Below are positions 37,346 through 50,971 of a DNA stretch of 64,000 nt, one piece after another (the first letter of the stretch is position 1; every line of letters begins with the position of its first letter). The stretch is from Octopus vulgaris (Eukaryota): assembly GCA_951406725.2 (NCBI GenBank), contig OX597825.1, positions 61,132,001 through 61,196,000 on the forward strand, in the 5' to 3' direction. Under the pieces are notes generated by a model that was not told the DNA's origin, ran no database searches, and saw only the letters and a program-made list of their open reading frames with translations. Both the position numbers and the translations under genes were made by a program.

Positions 37346-37763
37346 AGGTGGCGAGCTGGCTGAAACGTTTGCACGCCGGGCAAAATGCGTAGCCATATTT
37401 CGTCTGCCGTTACGTTCTGAGTTCAAATACTTCCAAGGACGACTTTGCCTTTCATCCATTCGGGGTCGATAAATTAAGTACCAGTTATGCACTGGAGTTG
37501 ATATAATTGACTTAATCCGTTTGTCTATCTATGTTTGTCCCCTCTGTGTTTAGCCCCTTATGGGTAGTAAAGAAATAGGTATTTCGTTTGCCACTACATT
37601 CTGAGTTCAAATTTCATCATGGTCAAATTTGCCTTTCATCCTTTTGGGGTCGATTAAATAAGTACCAGTTATGCACTGGGGTCGATATAATCGACTTAAT
37701 CCATTTGTCTGTCCTTGTTTGTTCCCTCTGTGTGTAGCCCCTTGTGGGCAGTAAAGAAATAAG
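37346..37763 (+). mobile_element. MetaSINE-like family B, dimeric form
   Basis: Same head-core-tail plus headless core-tail structure as 34726-35143, with the same AAAGAAATAGGTATTTCG junction. Confidence 0.88.
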
Positions 37764-38440
37764 AACTGGAGTTCTTATGAAAGATAATCATACAATATTG
37801 ATATATTGTATTCTATAAACAAACAAACAAAAACTGCTATAAACCAAGAACCCTAAACAAATTCAACTATGAACCCAAGAATTCCTAAACAAGTTCAATC
37901 ATGAATTTGAAGTTCAATAAAAAGCCACAAGAAAACAAAATACAAATGTTTCCCAATGAAAAGGCACATTAAACTTTTATGTACATCATCAGCAGCCAAA
38001 TGAATATCTTTATGGTTTCAACTCCTCGGAAGTACCATTGAATCCAGTGGTGTCAACAATGTTAAAACCTTAAACACCACCTGGAAATTAACAGACAAAA
38101 AGTAGGAGTAAAGCATTAATACAATATGTCTGTTACATCTATGCCTCCTTATTCTTACAAGTCATCATCTCCATCATTATCAGCAGCATCATCATTATCC
38201 TCATCATCACATTATGTTCATTTTCCATGCTGGGAAATACAAACATCAAATCTCAAATGCAGATTATTTCATATATAGGGCTATGAAGCACAGAAATTTT
38301 TTTTTAATATTTCATACAAATCAGAGAAATATCCTCAAAATGGACATTGTTACTTCTAGAATTATATTAAACTCCACATCTTCAAAGTCCTCTTGAATAT
38401 TTGGCATGATCCATTGTCACAGCAACTTCAAGTAAACGAA

Positions 38441-38674
38441 ACCTATTTCTTTATTACCCACAAGGGGCTAAACACAGAGGGGACAAACAAGGACAGACAT
38501 AGGTATTAAGTCGATTACATCGACCCCAGTGCGTAACTGGTACTTAATTTATCGACCCCGAAAGGATGAAAGGCAAAGTCGACCTCGGCGGAATTTGAAC
38601 TCACAACATAACGCAGATGAAATACCGCTAAGCATTTCGCCTGGCGTGCTAACGTTTCTGCCAGCTCACCGCCT
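38441..38674 (-). mobile_element. MetaSINE-like family B monomer with target-site duplication
   Basis: Flanked by TTCAAGTAAACGAAACC (38427-38443) and TTCAAGTAAATGAAACC (38675-38691). Confidence 0.92.
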
Positions 38675-39359
38675 TTCAAGTAAATGAAACCAGTTACAGT
38701 ACCATCAAAAAAGAATGGCCCATTGGTAAATTAACCCTCAAAAATATGGAAGTGGTTGCAGTGGCCCTTTTTGTGTTGAAGCCATTTATTAATATATTAA
38801 AAAATAACATTTAACTCAATTCAATGGTGCTGTAAATTAATACTATATTCTTTTATTCTTCTATTTGTTTCAATCAACTGACTGCAGCCAGGCTGGAGCA
38901 CTACCCTGAAGGGTTTTAGTCAAACAAATCGACCCCAGGACTTATAATTTTTTTAAAGCCTAGTACTTATTGTATCAGTCTCTTTTGCTGAACCACTAAG
39001 TTACATGGACATAAACACACCAACACTGGTTGTCAAGCAGTAATGGTGGGGGACAAACACAAACAAAAAGGCACAGACATATAGGTATATACATTTATAT
39101 AATAGAAATGAAATTCAGAAGGGTATTGAAATACCACTTGTCATGAACAGAGCTGTCACTAATTTGATATGGTTTCTATGGCTAGATGCTGTTCCTAATG
39201 CAACTACTTCATTTGTTTATGTAACCATTCTTTCCCTGTTTTCTAGGGTTATCATGATGTTCCTCCATACTATGTGGATTCTCAGGTGTAACTGTAGTGT
39301 ATCAGCTATTAAACTTGGGTTAAAAAAAATACACTAACAAAGTGATATATATACATCAG

Positions 39360-39626
39360 CTGGCTTCCGTGCCAGTGGCATGTTAAAAGCACCAACCGAT
39401 TGTGGCCGATGCCAGACCCCCCTGGCACCTGTTCAGGTGGCACATAAAAAACACCCACTACACTCGCGGAGTGGTTGGCGTTAGGAAGGGCATCCAGCTG
39501 TAGAAACACTGCCAGATCAGACTGGAGCCTGGTGCAGCCCTGGCTTCCCAGACCCCGGTCGAACCGTCCAACCTGTTCTAGCGTGGAAAACGGACGTTAA
39601 ACGATGATGATGATGATGATGATGAT
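39360..39626 (+). mobile_element. RTE-LINE 3' UTR and (GAT)n tail
   Basis: GGAGTGGTTGGCGTTAGGAAGGGCATCCAGCTGTAGAAAC...GGAAAACGGACGTTAAACGATGATG. Confidence 0.85.
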
Positions 39627-41079
39627 ATATATATGTATATATATATATATGTATATATAAGAAAATGAGATGACTAAGGAAAAAATGATTATCCTATGGA
39701 CTTCATTAGCTTACAGCTGTTTCTGCTCTAAGATCCAGCAGGCTTGTAATTGAATGTCCCATGCAATCCCTAAGCAATATATATGTGTATACACACACAC
39801 ACACATATATACATACATATATATATATATATCTGAACATATGAAACTACTAGTAGTGCTTAAATACATGTATTGTGCCCTTTAAATAAATGATATTTAT
39901 CTCTTACCAGATGGAGTCCTTTTTTTTTTTGTCGAATTTTCTATCATGGAACAGTACATGATACACACACACACACACACACACACACAGACGCACATGA
40001 GTGTGTGTATCTTCATCTTTGTTGGTTATGAAATGTCATGTCTTTGCTTAAACAGTGTATTTCAATATATAGCTTTTATTCATAGCTTTTATTCATAAAA
40101 AAAACTATTAATATGTATTTTTCAAAGTAGTTATTCGTTTGCCTTTTTTAAATCATGTTACCATGACCTTGTCAAATGGATGTCATTTCATTCATTATTT
40201 TGAAATATTTTGATAGATGATACCAAAAATAATTTTCATGGTTTATTGGAATTTCAAATGCTTTTAATACAGTTCATGGTTACAAAGTTAACAAAAAAAT
40301 AATAAATAAATGTTTAAAAAATAACATATAAAACATTATATCTTCAAGTGAAATAGAAAATAAATGAATACAAAATACTCTAATGAAAACATAAATTATT
40401 AAAATTCATATGAAGTAATTATTTATGAAATGGAACTTGAAAAAAAATGAAAGACTAACAAACTCTAGTAATATTTTGTGAATGAACTTCTTGTTGAAAA
40501 ATAACTGTTTAAACTGGGGTAATTTATTATGTAATTTGTGAATTTTCTCTATTGAAAATCTTGCTCTTAATTTAATACGTTAGAGAATTGTTTGAATGAC
40601 AGGTTTCCAATAAAATATTTCAATATGAATAATTTTTAGTTTAATGGAACCAACATGTCTAGATTGAATTCAAGAACAAATCAACTCGTTTTTTGTTCCT
40701 TACGAAATGAACAGTGATTACCAAATTAATGTGAGGAAGAGAAGAAGAGGAAAGGTGCAAATTTAGTTGTATGACTTAACGAGAAATAGAAACACAAGCC
40801 ATATTTCTTTCTAGCCTCTTACTCTTATACTTTTTCATTCGATGGACTGTGGCCATGCCATGGTAGTCTTTAAAGATTCAGTCAATCAAATCACACCTCC
40901 AGTACTTATTCTCTCAGTTGCTTTTGCCAATAAGCTATGTCTTGGGGACATAAACAAACCAACACCATTTTCCAAGCAATAGTCACGATGGAAGAAACAG
41001 AAACAAAGACATGCAAACATATATACTTATATATTTTTTAATATATATGTATGCATAGATGTATGATAATATAAATAAT

Positions 41080-41128
<49 letters not shown>

Positions 41129-41129
41129 C

Positions 41130-41533
41130 ACTTTTACTTGTTTCAGTAATTTGACTGTGGCCATGCTGGAGCACCACCTTTAGTCGAGCAAATTGACCCC
41201 AGGACTTATTCTTTGTAAGCCTAGTACTTATTCTATCGGACTCATTTGCTGAACTGCTATGTGAATAGGACATAAACACACCAGCATCGGTTGTCAAGCG
41301 ATGTTGGGGGAACAAACACGGACACACAAAAATATGCACACACGTACATATGTATATATACATATATATGATGAGCTTCTTTCAGTTTCCATCTACCAAA
41401 TCCACTCACAAGGCTTTGGTTGGCCCAACACTATAGTAGAAGACACTTGCCCAAGGTGCCACACAGTGGGACTGAAACCAGAACCATGTGATTGGTAACC
41501 AAGCTACTTAACACACAGCCACTCCTACACCTA
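41130..41533 (-). mobile_element. Family A SINE, full length
   Basis: Family A on the minus strand. Decayed 3' halves also occur at 38847-39080, 40815-40985 and 46686-46890. Confidence 0.88.
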
Positions 41534-42582
41534 TACATACATACATACATGTACATACCTACATATATATGTATATACACATGCATATATGGGTACAGGA
41601 TGTCAAAAAACGAGAACATGAAAAAACAAAAACCTGGTAAACGAACTTTTTTTCCGAACAACGAAAGAAACAAATAGTGAAATGTGACAGGCAACATAAA
41701 GAACAATCCCTTTGTCAGTTGTCCCCTGTATTATCTACTCTGCAGTATTTTTGTATATATAACAGATATATATATATATGTATGTATGTATGTATAAGTA
41801 TGGGTTTGTGGTTTGGGTATTCGGCTCATAATGGCAAGGTTGCAAGTTCAATTCCCAGTGACACATTGTGTCTTTGAGCAAGACACTTTACTTCACATTG
41901 CTCCAGTCCACACAGCTGACAAAAATGAGTAGTACCTGTGTTTTAAAAAGTCAGTGTTCTTACATTCTGTGTCATGCTGAATCTCTCTGAAATCTATAAT
42001 AAGGGTACATGTGTCTGTGGAGCGCTCAGCCATTTACACAGTAATTTCATGAGCAAGCTGTTCTGTTGATCAGATCAACTGGAACTCTTGTTGTCATAAA
42101 TGATGGAGTGCCAGTCAGTTATACACACACACATGCATGTGCCTGTTTATGCTTAGCTCAGCCTGTGGCTAGCCAACTTCTGTCAAAACGTCCAACCCAT
42201 GCCAGCATGAGAAACAGATGTTAAATAGCGATGATGATGACGATGAAGATGATGACGATGAAGATGATGATGATGACGATGATGATGATGATAAGTCCCA
42301 TCATCTCTTACACATGAATGTCAGTCTGTAAGAGACAAAAAGTAAGATGTAGCTTCTGTGTTACTTATACATTCAGTTGATAAGGTAATGCATTAAAAGT
42401 GTTATTCCAAATTAGTTGTGTTGCAGTACTCTCATGAACGGCTACAAGAGGAAAGAAGATGCAGTTAATGTAAAGCGCTGCAGGATGTCATCTAAAGCAG
42501 CTTCATCCTGAGAGGCAAAATTTCAATATGCTTGAGAAACATGGAGAATATACATACATAAATACATACATACATACATATA

Positions 42583-43425
42583 CAGGGGTTGGACAAAATA
42601 ATGGAAACACCTAGCATCATAGCATCATAATTTTGAAATATCTATAAAACCATCAAAAGCTCATTTATTTTTGTTTTTTGATTTATTCTTAGTGTTGCTT
42701 AATATGTTTTGCTAAAATTGCTGTTTCTTTTCAGATATCATCAGAAAAAGGTAATTAAAATTCATTATAATGACAGATCTCTCAGACTTTCAAGGAGGTG
42801 AAATTGTTGGTGCTTGTATGGCAGGCACTAGAGTAATGAAAACAGGCAAAATGTTTGGTGTATTAAGAAGTACTGTCTTGAAAATAATGACAGCCTTTGA
42901 GAAAGAGGGAAAACCTCCTCGTCGAAACTAAACTCTGGAAGGAAACCAAAACTTTCAGATAAGTACTGTCAGACTCTTACACACTTTGTTAGAAAGGATC
43001 ACAAAAGTACAGCTCCCAAAATTGGTGCAGAGCATAATGACCACCTTGAGAACCCAGTTTCCACAAAAACTGTTCGCAGGGAGCTGCAGAAAGCCAGATT
43101 TCACAGGAGAGCTGCAATCAGAAAACCGCTACTTCCAAAAACAAGCATTGCAAAACGTTTAGAGTGGAGTAAAAAGAAACCTACAGAATTGGTCCCTAGA
43201 GCAGTGGAAGAATGTCATTTTCTTGGACGAGTCATCCTTTACCTTATTTCCAACCACTGGCTGAGTATATGTGTGGAGACAGCCAAAAGAACCATTTGAC
43301 CCAGACTGCCTTCTTCCAACTGTTAAACATGGAGCTGGATCTGTGATGATCTAGGAGGGGTGGCTATATCTTAGAAATTTGCCGGCCCATTGGTTTCCCT
43401 TCCTGGCTGAATTAATAGTCAAGGC
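42583..43425 (+). mobile_element. Tc1-family transposon, 3'-truncated, with transposase pseudogene from ATG 42770
   Basis: TA plus left end CAGGGGTTGGACAAAATAATGGAAACACC. Translation gives MTDLSDFQGGEIVG..., SGRKPKLS, KPLL, WKNVIFLDESSF and PTVKHGAGSVMI, with frameshifts and stops, and breaks off before the second catalytic D. Confidence 0.9.
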
Positions 43426-43895
43426 AACATATTAATATAAATGTAAGTAACCCTACTGAATACTACCAATCAAATGTCCTTGCTTTAATTCCTTAACTCT
43501 CCCACTTCCTGATATCTTTATTCTTTCTTTTCTTTTCTACTTTCTTTCTTATATTACAAATTTCTCTCCACATTTATATTCTTTACAACATTTACCATGC
43601 TCTCCACACATTCTGATAAAATCTTCCATGTCTTAACATGTACCTCCTTGCAACAATATAAACATTCATTTAATCAAGATACTCTTAACCTGACGAGTAG
43701 CCTGCAGTATACACCTTGCTTAGATATTTGCCACTTCCAAGGTTCTGCTTGCTAGGAAACATATGCAGCCTGGATCTTACCTACTCCATTCTTTAACCCT
43801 TGTGTGTGTATATATATATATATATAGGAGTAAGCACATAAATGTGAAACAAGGTGGAAAATAGAGTACTCAGATACCAGATGTAGAGTAATATG

Positions 43896-44081
43896 CTTTA
43901 TTTAAGAGCAGCAGAAATATAACAAAAGCTGATACTTGGAGTTTCATGTTCCCATTCGTCCCCGTTCGTTGGACAGTTTTGTTAAAAAAAAAAAAAATTT
44001 TTTAACAAAAGTATCCATCGAACATGAACGTTAAACTCCAAGTAACAGCTTTTGTTATATTACTGCTGCTTTTAAATAAAG
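43896..44081. mobile_element. Fold-back of a putative Penelope pLTR (~90-bp arms) with decayed hammerhead-like motifs
   Basis: CTTTATTTAAGAGCAGCAGAAATATAACAAAAGCTGATACTTGGAGTTT pairs with AAACTCCAAGTAACAGCTTTTGTTATATTACTGCTGCTTTTAAATAAAG. Confidence 0.7.
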
Positions 44082-45147
44082 TATATGTATATATATATAT
44101 ATACATATATACATATATACATATCTTCAGTTTCCATCTACCAAATTTACTCATAATGCTTTGATCAGCCCTGCACTTGTCTAAGGTGCCACACAGTGGG
44201 ACTGAACCCAGAACCATGTAATTGGAAAGCAAGCATCTTACCGCACAGCCATGCCTGCACCTATATTTAATTTATATTTAATTTTCACTTAAAATGAATA
44301 CCACAAGAATAGATGTGGCAAAAAGTTCATAGAAACTAAATTTAATTTTAAAAGTGTTCATATTCTTCAGGGCCTTTATCTCAAAGTTCAACAGAATTAT
44401 ATCAATCTATTTTGTCATCTTATATGAAAATGGAGAATCTAGTTAATAGAAAATAACAGATGAACTATCAAATAATTACCTTGATGTTGCTTTGCAATTT
44501 AATGTGTAGATATATGAACTGTATTGACAACATAAAAGCAAAATAAAGAGAGGGGAAAAAAATCTATTGATTATTTCATTTCTGGTAATATTTCGAGAGA
44601 AATTAAACAGACAAGTTGCCCTATCAAAATAGTTTTGTGAAAATATATTTCATTATTCTGTAGCAATTTACTAATCATAAGGTCATTTCTCAGTAATTCT
44701 ACTGTATGAGAAAACAAAAACAAAACCTAATGGAAACTGTATTTTCACTTAATCAACAGATAAACAAATGACTGAAATAAAATAAAAACAATTCCAGAAT
44801 GAATGGTAGAAGAAAATTTCTTGATTTTTGTGCTTATTTGTCTACTTGTTTGGTAAATTTTATAACATAAAACTTACCTAAGATTTATGAGAATCATTTA
44901 ATTTGTTACTAAGAATAAATTTCACTTAACTTAATTTTTCTTGAGTTATTGTGGTTGATTATGTTTAACCCCAGATTATTGCTGGTCAACTGTGTGTGTG
45001 TGTGTGCGTGTGTGTGTGTGTGTGTCTGTGTGTCTGTGCATGTGTATGTACATAACTTCATGTTTGCTTCGCACTGTCTGGCTGCAATCATTGGTTTCTT
45101 TATATCCCAATAACTTAGTGGTTCAGCAAAAAAAGAGTGACAGAATA

Positions 45148-45188
<41 letters not shown>

Positions 45189-45650
45189 TCCATGCATGTG
45201 AAGGTGGGATGGTTGGCAGGAGCCAGTCAGGTAGAAGACTATCCCAGGCTACTGTGTGTTTTGGCAGGGCTTTTACTGCTGGATGGCCTTCTTAACACCA
45301 ACCACTCTGCAGAGTGGACTCAGTGCTTTCTACATGGCACTAGCACAGGCGAGGTTAACTTTGGTATGATTTTTACAGCTGACTGCCCTTCCAGATGAGC
45401 AAAAAAAGAATAAAAGAATTAAAGGAATAAATTTACAAAGAAATTTGTTTGCTGCTAATTCAGTCAATCATAGCAAGGCTACAGCTCCACTGATGAAGTT
45501 CAATAAAGCAGAAACATGTGATTAAAGGTATTCAGGTCATGAGTATTTCTTTAAGAGTGAAGTAGAATGTAAGCCTACATGATGCATTTTATAATTTCTT
45601 CATTTAAGACAATAGAATGTGATTTAAGGAGATTAGACTTATATTTATTG

Positions 45651-45858
45651 TATGGAAGGGTGCTGTAAAGTTCCTGGCTTTGGGTAAAAGAAAATACAGG
45701 TGGATCAGTTAATTATGGTTTTATTGAACATATTCCCCTCTCAGGTTCACACACTTATTGCAGCAGTCCTTCAGTTTTTCTGAGGCTTGTAAAAGAACTC
45801 AGAAAGTTGACCTCCAGCCAGCCTTTACGCGATACCCTTAAAGCCAGAAACTTTTCTG
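45651..45858 (-). mobile_element. Short mariner-derived MITE
   Basis: Partial inverted ends AAAGTTCCTGGCTTT ... AAAGCCAGAAACTTT. The minus strand encodes the mariner C-terminus EKLKDCCNKCVNLRGEYVQ*. Confidence 0.7.
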
Positions 45859-47049
45859 AATTTGGACTCAGAATGTAAAGACAGATGAAATTGGCATGTA
45901 GAATATTGGCTTGAAAATTCTTATGGATGGAAGGTAGTCAAAGACTGCTTAATATTTAATGTCTCCCCAAAATCTCTAAATTCTTATAATGAAAACCTTG
46001 TATGATTCTTGTGAGGAAGAACAAAGGTCCTAAAAGGACAGTGAAAATTTGTAATACTGCTTTGCTATAATGGTTAGCAGCTCTGTCATGTTTACAGAAG
46101 AACCATTGCCATTTTTTCCATCTAAGAGTAATTTTTTTCTTTTAAACCAATATTCTACACATTAGTATTTATAGCTTTATCTAAGTCAGCAAACTAGCAG
46201 AATTATTACCATGCCAGACAAAGCACTTTGTGCCATTTGTTATGGTTTTTGATCAGATTCTGCCTGGATCGATTTACCTTTCATCATTTCGAGGTCAATA
46301 AAATATGTACTAGTTGAGCAATTGGTCAATGTAATTGATTTATCTCTTATCCTGAAATTGCTGGCCTTGTGCCAAAATTTGGAACCGTTATTTATTGCTT
46401 CATATAAAGCAGTGAGCTAGCAGAATAATTACCATGTTGGACAGAATGCTTATTGGCATTTCTTCTGAATTCAAATTCTGCTGAGGTTTGATTCGTGTTT
46501 CATCCTTTCAAGGTCAATGAAATAAGTACCAGTTGAACCCTGGAATCGATGTAATTTAACTAACCTCCATCACCCCTAAAAATTTCAGGCTTTCTGTCTG
46601 TATTAGAAAGGGTTATTTATAACTTTATCTGATTTGAGCTCCACTGTTAAAAGTAATATGCACGATGTAATATTTGGCTCCATTTATTCTTTTATTCTTT
46701 TATTCTTTTACATGTGGCCATGCTGGAGCACCACCTTTAGTCAAGCAAATCGACCCTAGGACTTATTCTTTGCAAGACTACTACTTATTCTGCTTATTCT
46801 CTTTTTGCTGAACTGCTAAGTTACGAGCACATAAAAACACCAGTATTGGTTGTCAAGCGATGTTGGAGGGACAAGCACAGAGACACAAACATACACACGG
46901 ACACACACACACATACACACACACACACACACACGGACACACACACACACATGCACACACACACACACACACGGACACACACACATACACACACACACAC
47001 AAATAAAATGGTGTGTGACTGAAAGCATCAAAATATTTTTAGAACTTTA

Positions 47050-47770
47050 AGGCGGCAAGCTGGCAGAATCGTTAGCACACCGGGCGAAATGCAAGCTGTA
47101 TTTTATCTCCCGTTACATTCTGAGTTCAAATTCCATCGAGGTCGACTTTGCCTTTCATCCTTTCAGGGTCAATAAATTAAGTACCAGTTACGCACTGGAG
47201 TCGATGTAATCAACTTAATCCATCTGTCTGTCCTTGTTTGTCCTCTCTGTGTTTACTACCCCTTGTGGGTAGTAAAGAAATGGGTATTCTGTCTCTCTTT
47301 ACATTCTGAGTTCAAATTATACTGAGGTTAATTTTGCATTTCATCCTTCTGGGGCCGATAAATTAAGAACCAGTTGTGCATTGGGGTCGATCTAATTGAC
47401 TGGCTCCATCCTCCAAAATTTCATGCCTTGTGTCTAGAGTAGAAAAAGAAAAAAAAAGAATATTTTTACAGCTTTGAGTACAAATTCCACCGAGATCGAC
47501 TTTGTCATTGATCCTTTCAGGTTTCAGCAACTAAGTACCAGTTGTGTACTAGGGTCGATCTAATTGACTGAACCTCTCTCAAAAAATTTAGGGCCTTGTG
47601 CCTAGAGAAGAAAAGAGTAATTTTACAGTGTTTTACATTCTGAGTTAAAATTCAGCTAATGTCAGTTTTTCTTATCTTCTCTTTAATGTTGAGAAAATTA
47701 AAGTAACAATCAAGTTTTGGGGACTATGGTTTTGACTACAACCCCTTCATCACAAAATTGTTGGCCTTGC
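47050..47770 (+). mobile_element. Tandem array of family B SINE units (one with head plus three headless, progressively more diverged)
   Basis: Repeated TTCTGAGTTCAAATT...TTTTGC(C/A)TTTCATCCTT...AATTAAG(T/A)ACCAG units at about 47050, 47283, 47460 and 47620. An opposite-strand copy lies at 47885-48083. Confidence 0.78.
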
Positions 47771-48094
47771 ATCTAAATCCTAAACAGATATTAATCCTGC
47801 ATATTTCATGAATCTTGTGCTATACACACAAGCACAAACACACACACACATATAGATAGATAAGTGGTTAGATAGAGAAATACTATAGGCACAAAGCCTG
47901 AGATCTTGGGGGAAGGGGTAGTTGCTAACTTCAATGCCAGTGCTCAACTGGTACCCATTTTATTGAGCCCAAAAGCATGAAAAGCAAAGCTGACCTCGGT
48001 GGAATTTGAACTCGGGATATAAAGACAGATGAAATGTTGCTAAGAATTTTGTCTGGTGTGCTAACAATTCTACCAGCTTGCCTCCCTCTCTCTT

Positions 48095-48126
<32 letters not shown>

Positions 48127-48724
48127 TCTCTCTCCACACACACACATCACACGTGTGTATGTGTAACTATATATATGTATATATATATATATATATATGC
48201 ATCTATATATATGCATATGTATATATATGTGCACACCCACACATATACATGCATACATACATATATCTACACACATACACACAAATTTCTATCTATGCAT
48301 ATATACACACTCAAACTTGCATACATATATAAATTGATAAAAATTATTCGCTAAGATGGTTTAATTTGGAATAATATTTTTGCATTTAAACACGTGAATT
48401 TCTATATTTCTCTATCAATTCATTTGTTTGTTATATACGGAAGGATGTGAAAGGAGGTCTTCCAAATGAAAGCACAAACAGCGTATATGTTTGTAAGAGT
48501 TTTAATTGTATAAAATATTTAATCAGAAAGAGATTACACAGTAATGATTGATGTTGGGGTATAATAACGACTACAAACAAGTACTGTTTGATGTTAAGTC
48601 TAAAAAAAAAACAAAAACAAAAAAAGACAGAAACAAGATAAGCGATGCAGAAAGGAAGATAATAATAACAACAATAATAATAATTGTAATAATGATAATA
48701 ATGAGAGTAACAATAATATTTATA

Positions 48725-48765
<41 letters not shown>

Positions 48766-48770
48766 TGCGC

Positions 48771-48819
<49 letters not shown>

Positions 48820-48924
48820 CATATATATATATTTATATATATATGTACATATATATACATATACATATATATATATATATGAACATATATTTTAGTATTT
48901 ATAAAAACAATAATCATAATCAAT

Positions 48925-49102
48925 GCTAATAATAATGATGATGATGATGTTGATGATGATGATAATGGTGGTGGTGGTGATGAAGATGTTGAAGATAGAT
49001 GATGATGATGATGGTGGTGGTGGTGATGATGATGATGATGATGGTGGTGATGATGATGATCATGATGGTGATGGTGATGATGATAACAACAACAACAATA
49101 AC
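48925..49102. repeat. (GAT)n/(GGT)n/(AAC)n compound microsatellite
   Basis: Direct inspection. Confidence 0.92.
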
Positions 49103-50146
49103 AGCAAATATATGTATATGTGTGTATAAATGAGTATATATGTGTATATATGTGCATGCATGTCTGTGTGTGTGTATCCATATGTATATATCTAAATGAA
49201 TATATATATATGTATACATATACATACATATATATATATATATATATGCATACATATATATATACGTATGTATGTATATGTATGTATGTGTGTTTATATA
49301 TATTTATATTTATATTTATATTTATAAAACAACAACAATAATCAATAATAATAATAACAGTTCTAATAATAATAATATTAATAATTATTATAATAATTTG
49401 CTTGTTTTAAAATCCATAGAGACTGTTACATTTGTTTGTTTGTTTTGGGTTTTTTCTTTGCTTAGAGATATAGAAAACAAAAAACATAAATATAATAAAC
49501 ATTCTGTTTTCCTTTAATAATTCCAGGCTAATAAATTAACTTGTGCAAAATAAGATTTATTTTAGCTATTTCTAAAAAAATTAAAAGTGATCTGGCCTGT
49601 AAGCAAGAACCCACTACAATAATTAATTTATATTGATCAATATTTGTATAAAGAGGTATAAAGCAAGATCTTAGCAATTATTTGGTCTACTGAAATTATT
49701 CAATGAACTTAATCTTAGAACATGAAACAGAGAAATGGAAAAACAAAAACAACAACAACAACAACAACAATACAAGGAACAGAATTGGTTAATCAAAAAA
49801 AGAAAAAGAAAAAGGAAAAAGAAAATAAATTTTGAAGCTTCATTGCACATTGTTACTTTATGATAGTAATTTTTTTATTTATAAATTTGGGCAAAAAAAA
49901 ACAGAATAAATATGTGGGGAAACAAAATTGAATATATGCAGGTTTCTACATACATTTAATTATCAATATACACACATAACTCTGCTACCGCTTTTTAATT
50001 CTCTCTTCCCCATTCTCTATCTCTTTTTGCAAATATTTATGCTTATATGCATATGTATGCAGATACTCACACTCAAACACACTTACATTCACACACACAC
50101 ACACACACATAGAGGCATACTGTAAATATATATATGTATATATACA

Positions 50147-50199
<53 letters not shown>

Positions 50200-50269
50200 T
50201 CAATATAAATAATATATAAATATATGCATATATACATATATGTACATACCTACATATATATGTATATAT

Positions 50270-50575
50270 GCATGCATATATGGGTACAGGACATCAAAAA
50301 AACGTTGAACACAGTGAGAAACGAAAACAAAAAAAAGCATAGAAATGAACTTTTTTATCGAACAACGAAAAAACAAACTGAGAAACGAGACATGTAACAT
50401 AAAGAATATTCCCCTTCTTCAGTTGTCCCTGTTTTATCTACTCCGTGTTTCGAAGGCAAGGACAATACGTTGCTTTGTTGAAACAATCCTTCCCACAAAG
50501 CAAATTAAATAAAATTGGGGATTTTTTTTGTGGAAGATGAAAGTGGTAACAAGAACAGGACAGTGAGAACTAAAA
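50270..50575 (-). mobile_element. Dispersed repeat (putative Penelope pLTR), second copy at 41580-41745
   Basis: The two copies share ATATATGGGTACAGGA...AACTTTTTT..CGAACAACGAAA...AACATAAAGAA...CAGTTGTCCC..TTATCTACTC. Confidence 0.6.
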
Positions 50576-50885
50576 AAGTAAAAACCTGCATTTATACATC
50601 CTTGCACACTCACACAAATTTACAACATACATATCAGATTTTAATATACACTTTTCTGAGCTTGAAAGAGTGAGACAGAATACAGTGGGTCTTCTCAAGC
50701 ACAGCATATTGTCAAATGTTCAAAGGGTGCTCTTTACATGCCACCAGCATGACTACCAGTTGCAAGACACTGGCATCGGCAACGACTGGGATTTCACTTG
50801 GCTTGATGAGTCTGTACATATACATGTGTGTGCATGCATGTGTATGTGTGTGTGTATATATATATATATGTATATATGTGTATAT

Positions 50886-50922
<37 letters not shown>

Positions 50923-50924
50923 CA

Positions 50925-50967
<43 letters not shown>

Positions 50968-50971
<4 letters not shown>

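Noticed and set aside
42427-42515. Short plus-strand exon-like frame (TLMNGYKRKEDAVNVKRCRMSSKAASS*)
   Set aside because: The acceptor is weak, and the opposite strand reads ASQDEAALDDILQRF, which resembles an RTE RT remnant.
47050-47770. CRISPR-like regularly spaced repeats
   Set aside because: The units are 150-230-bp SINE segments in eukaryotic DNA, with no short repeats separated by unique spacers and no cas genes.
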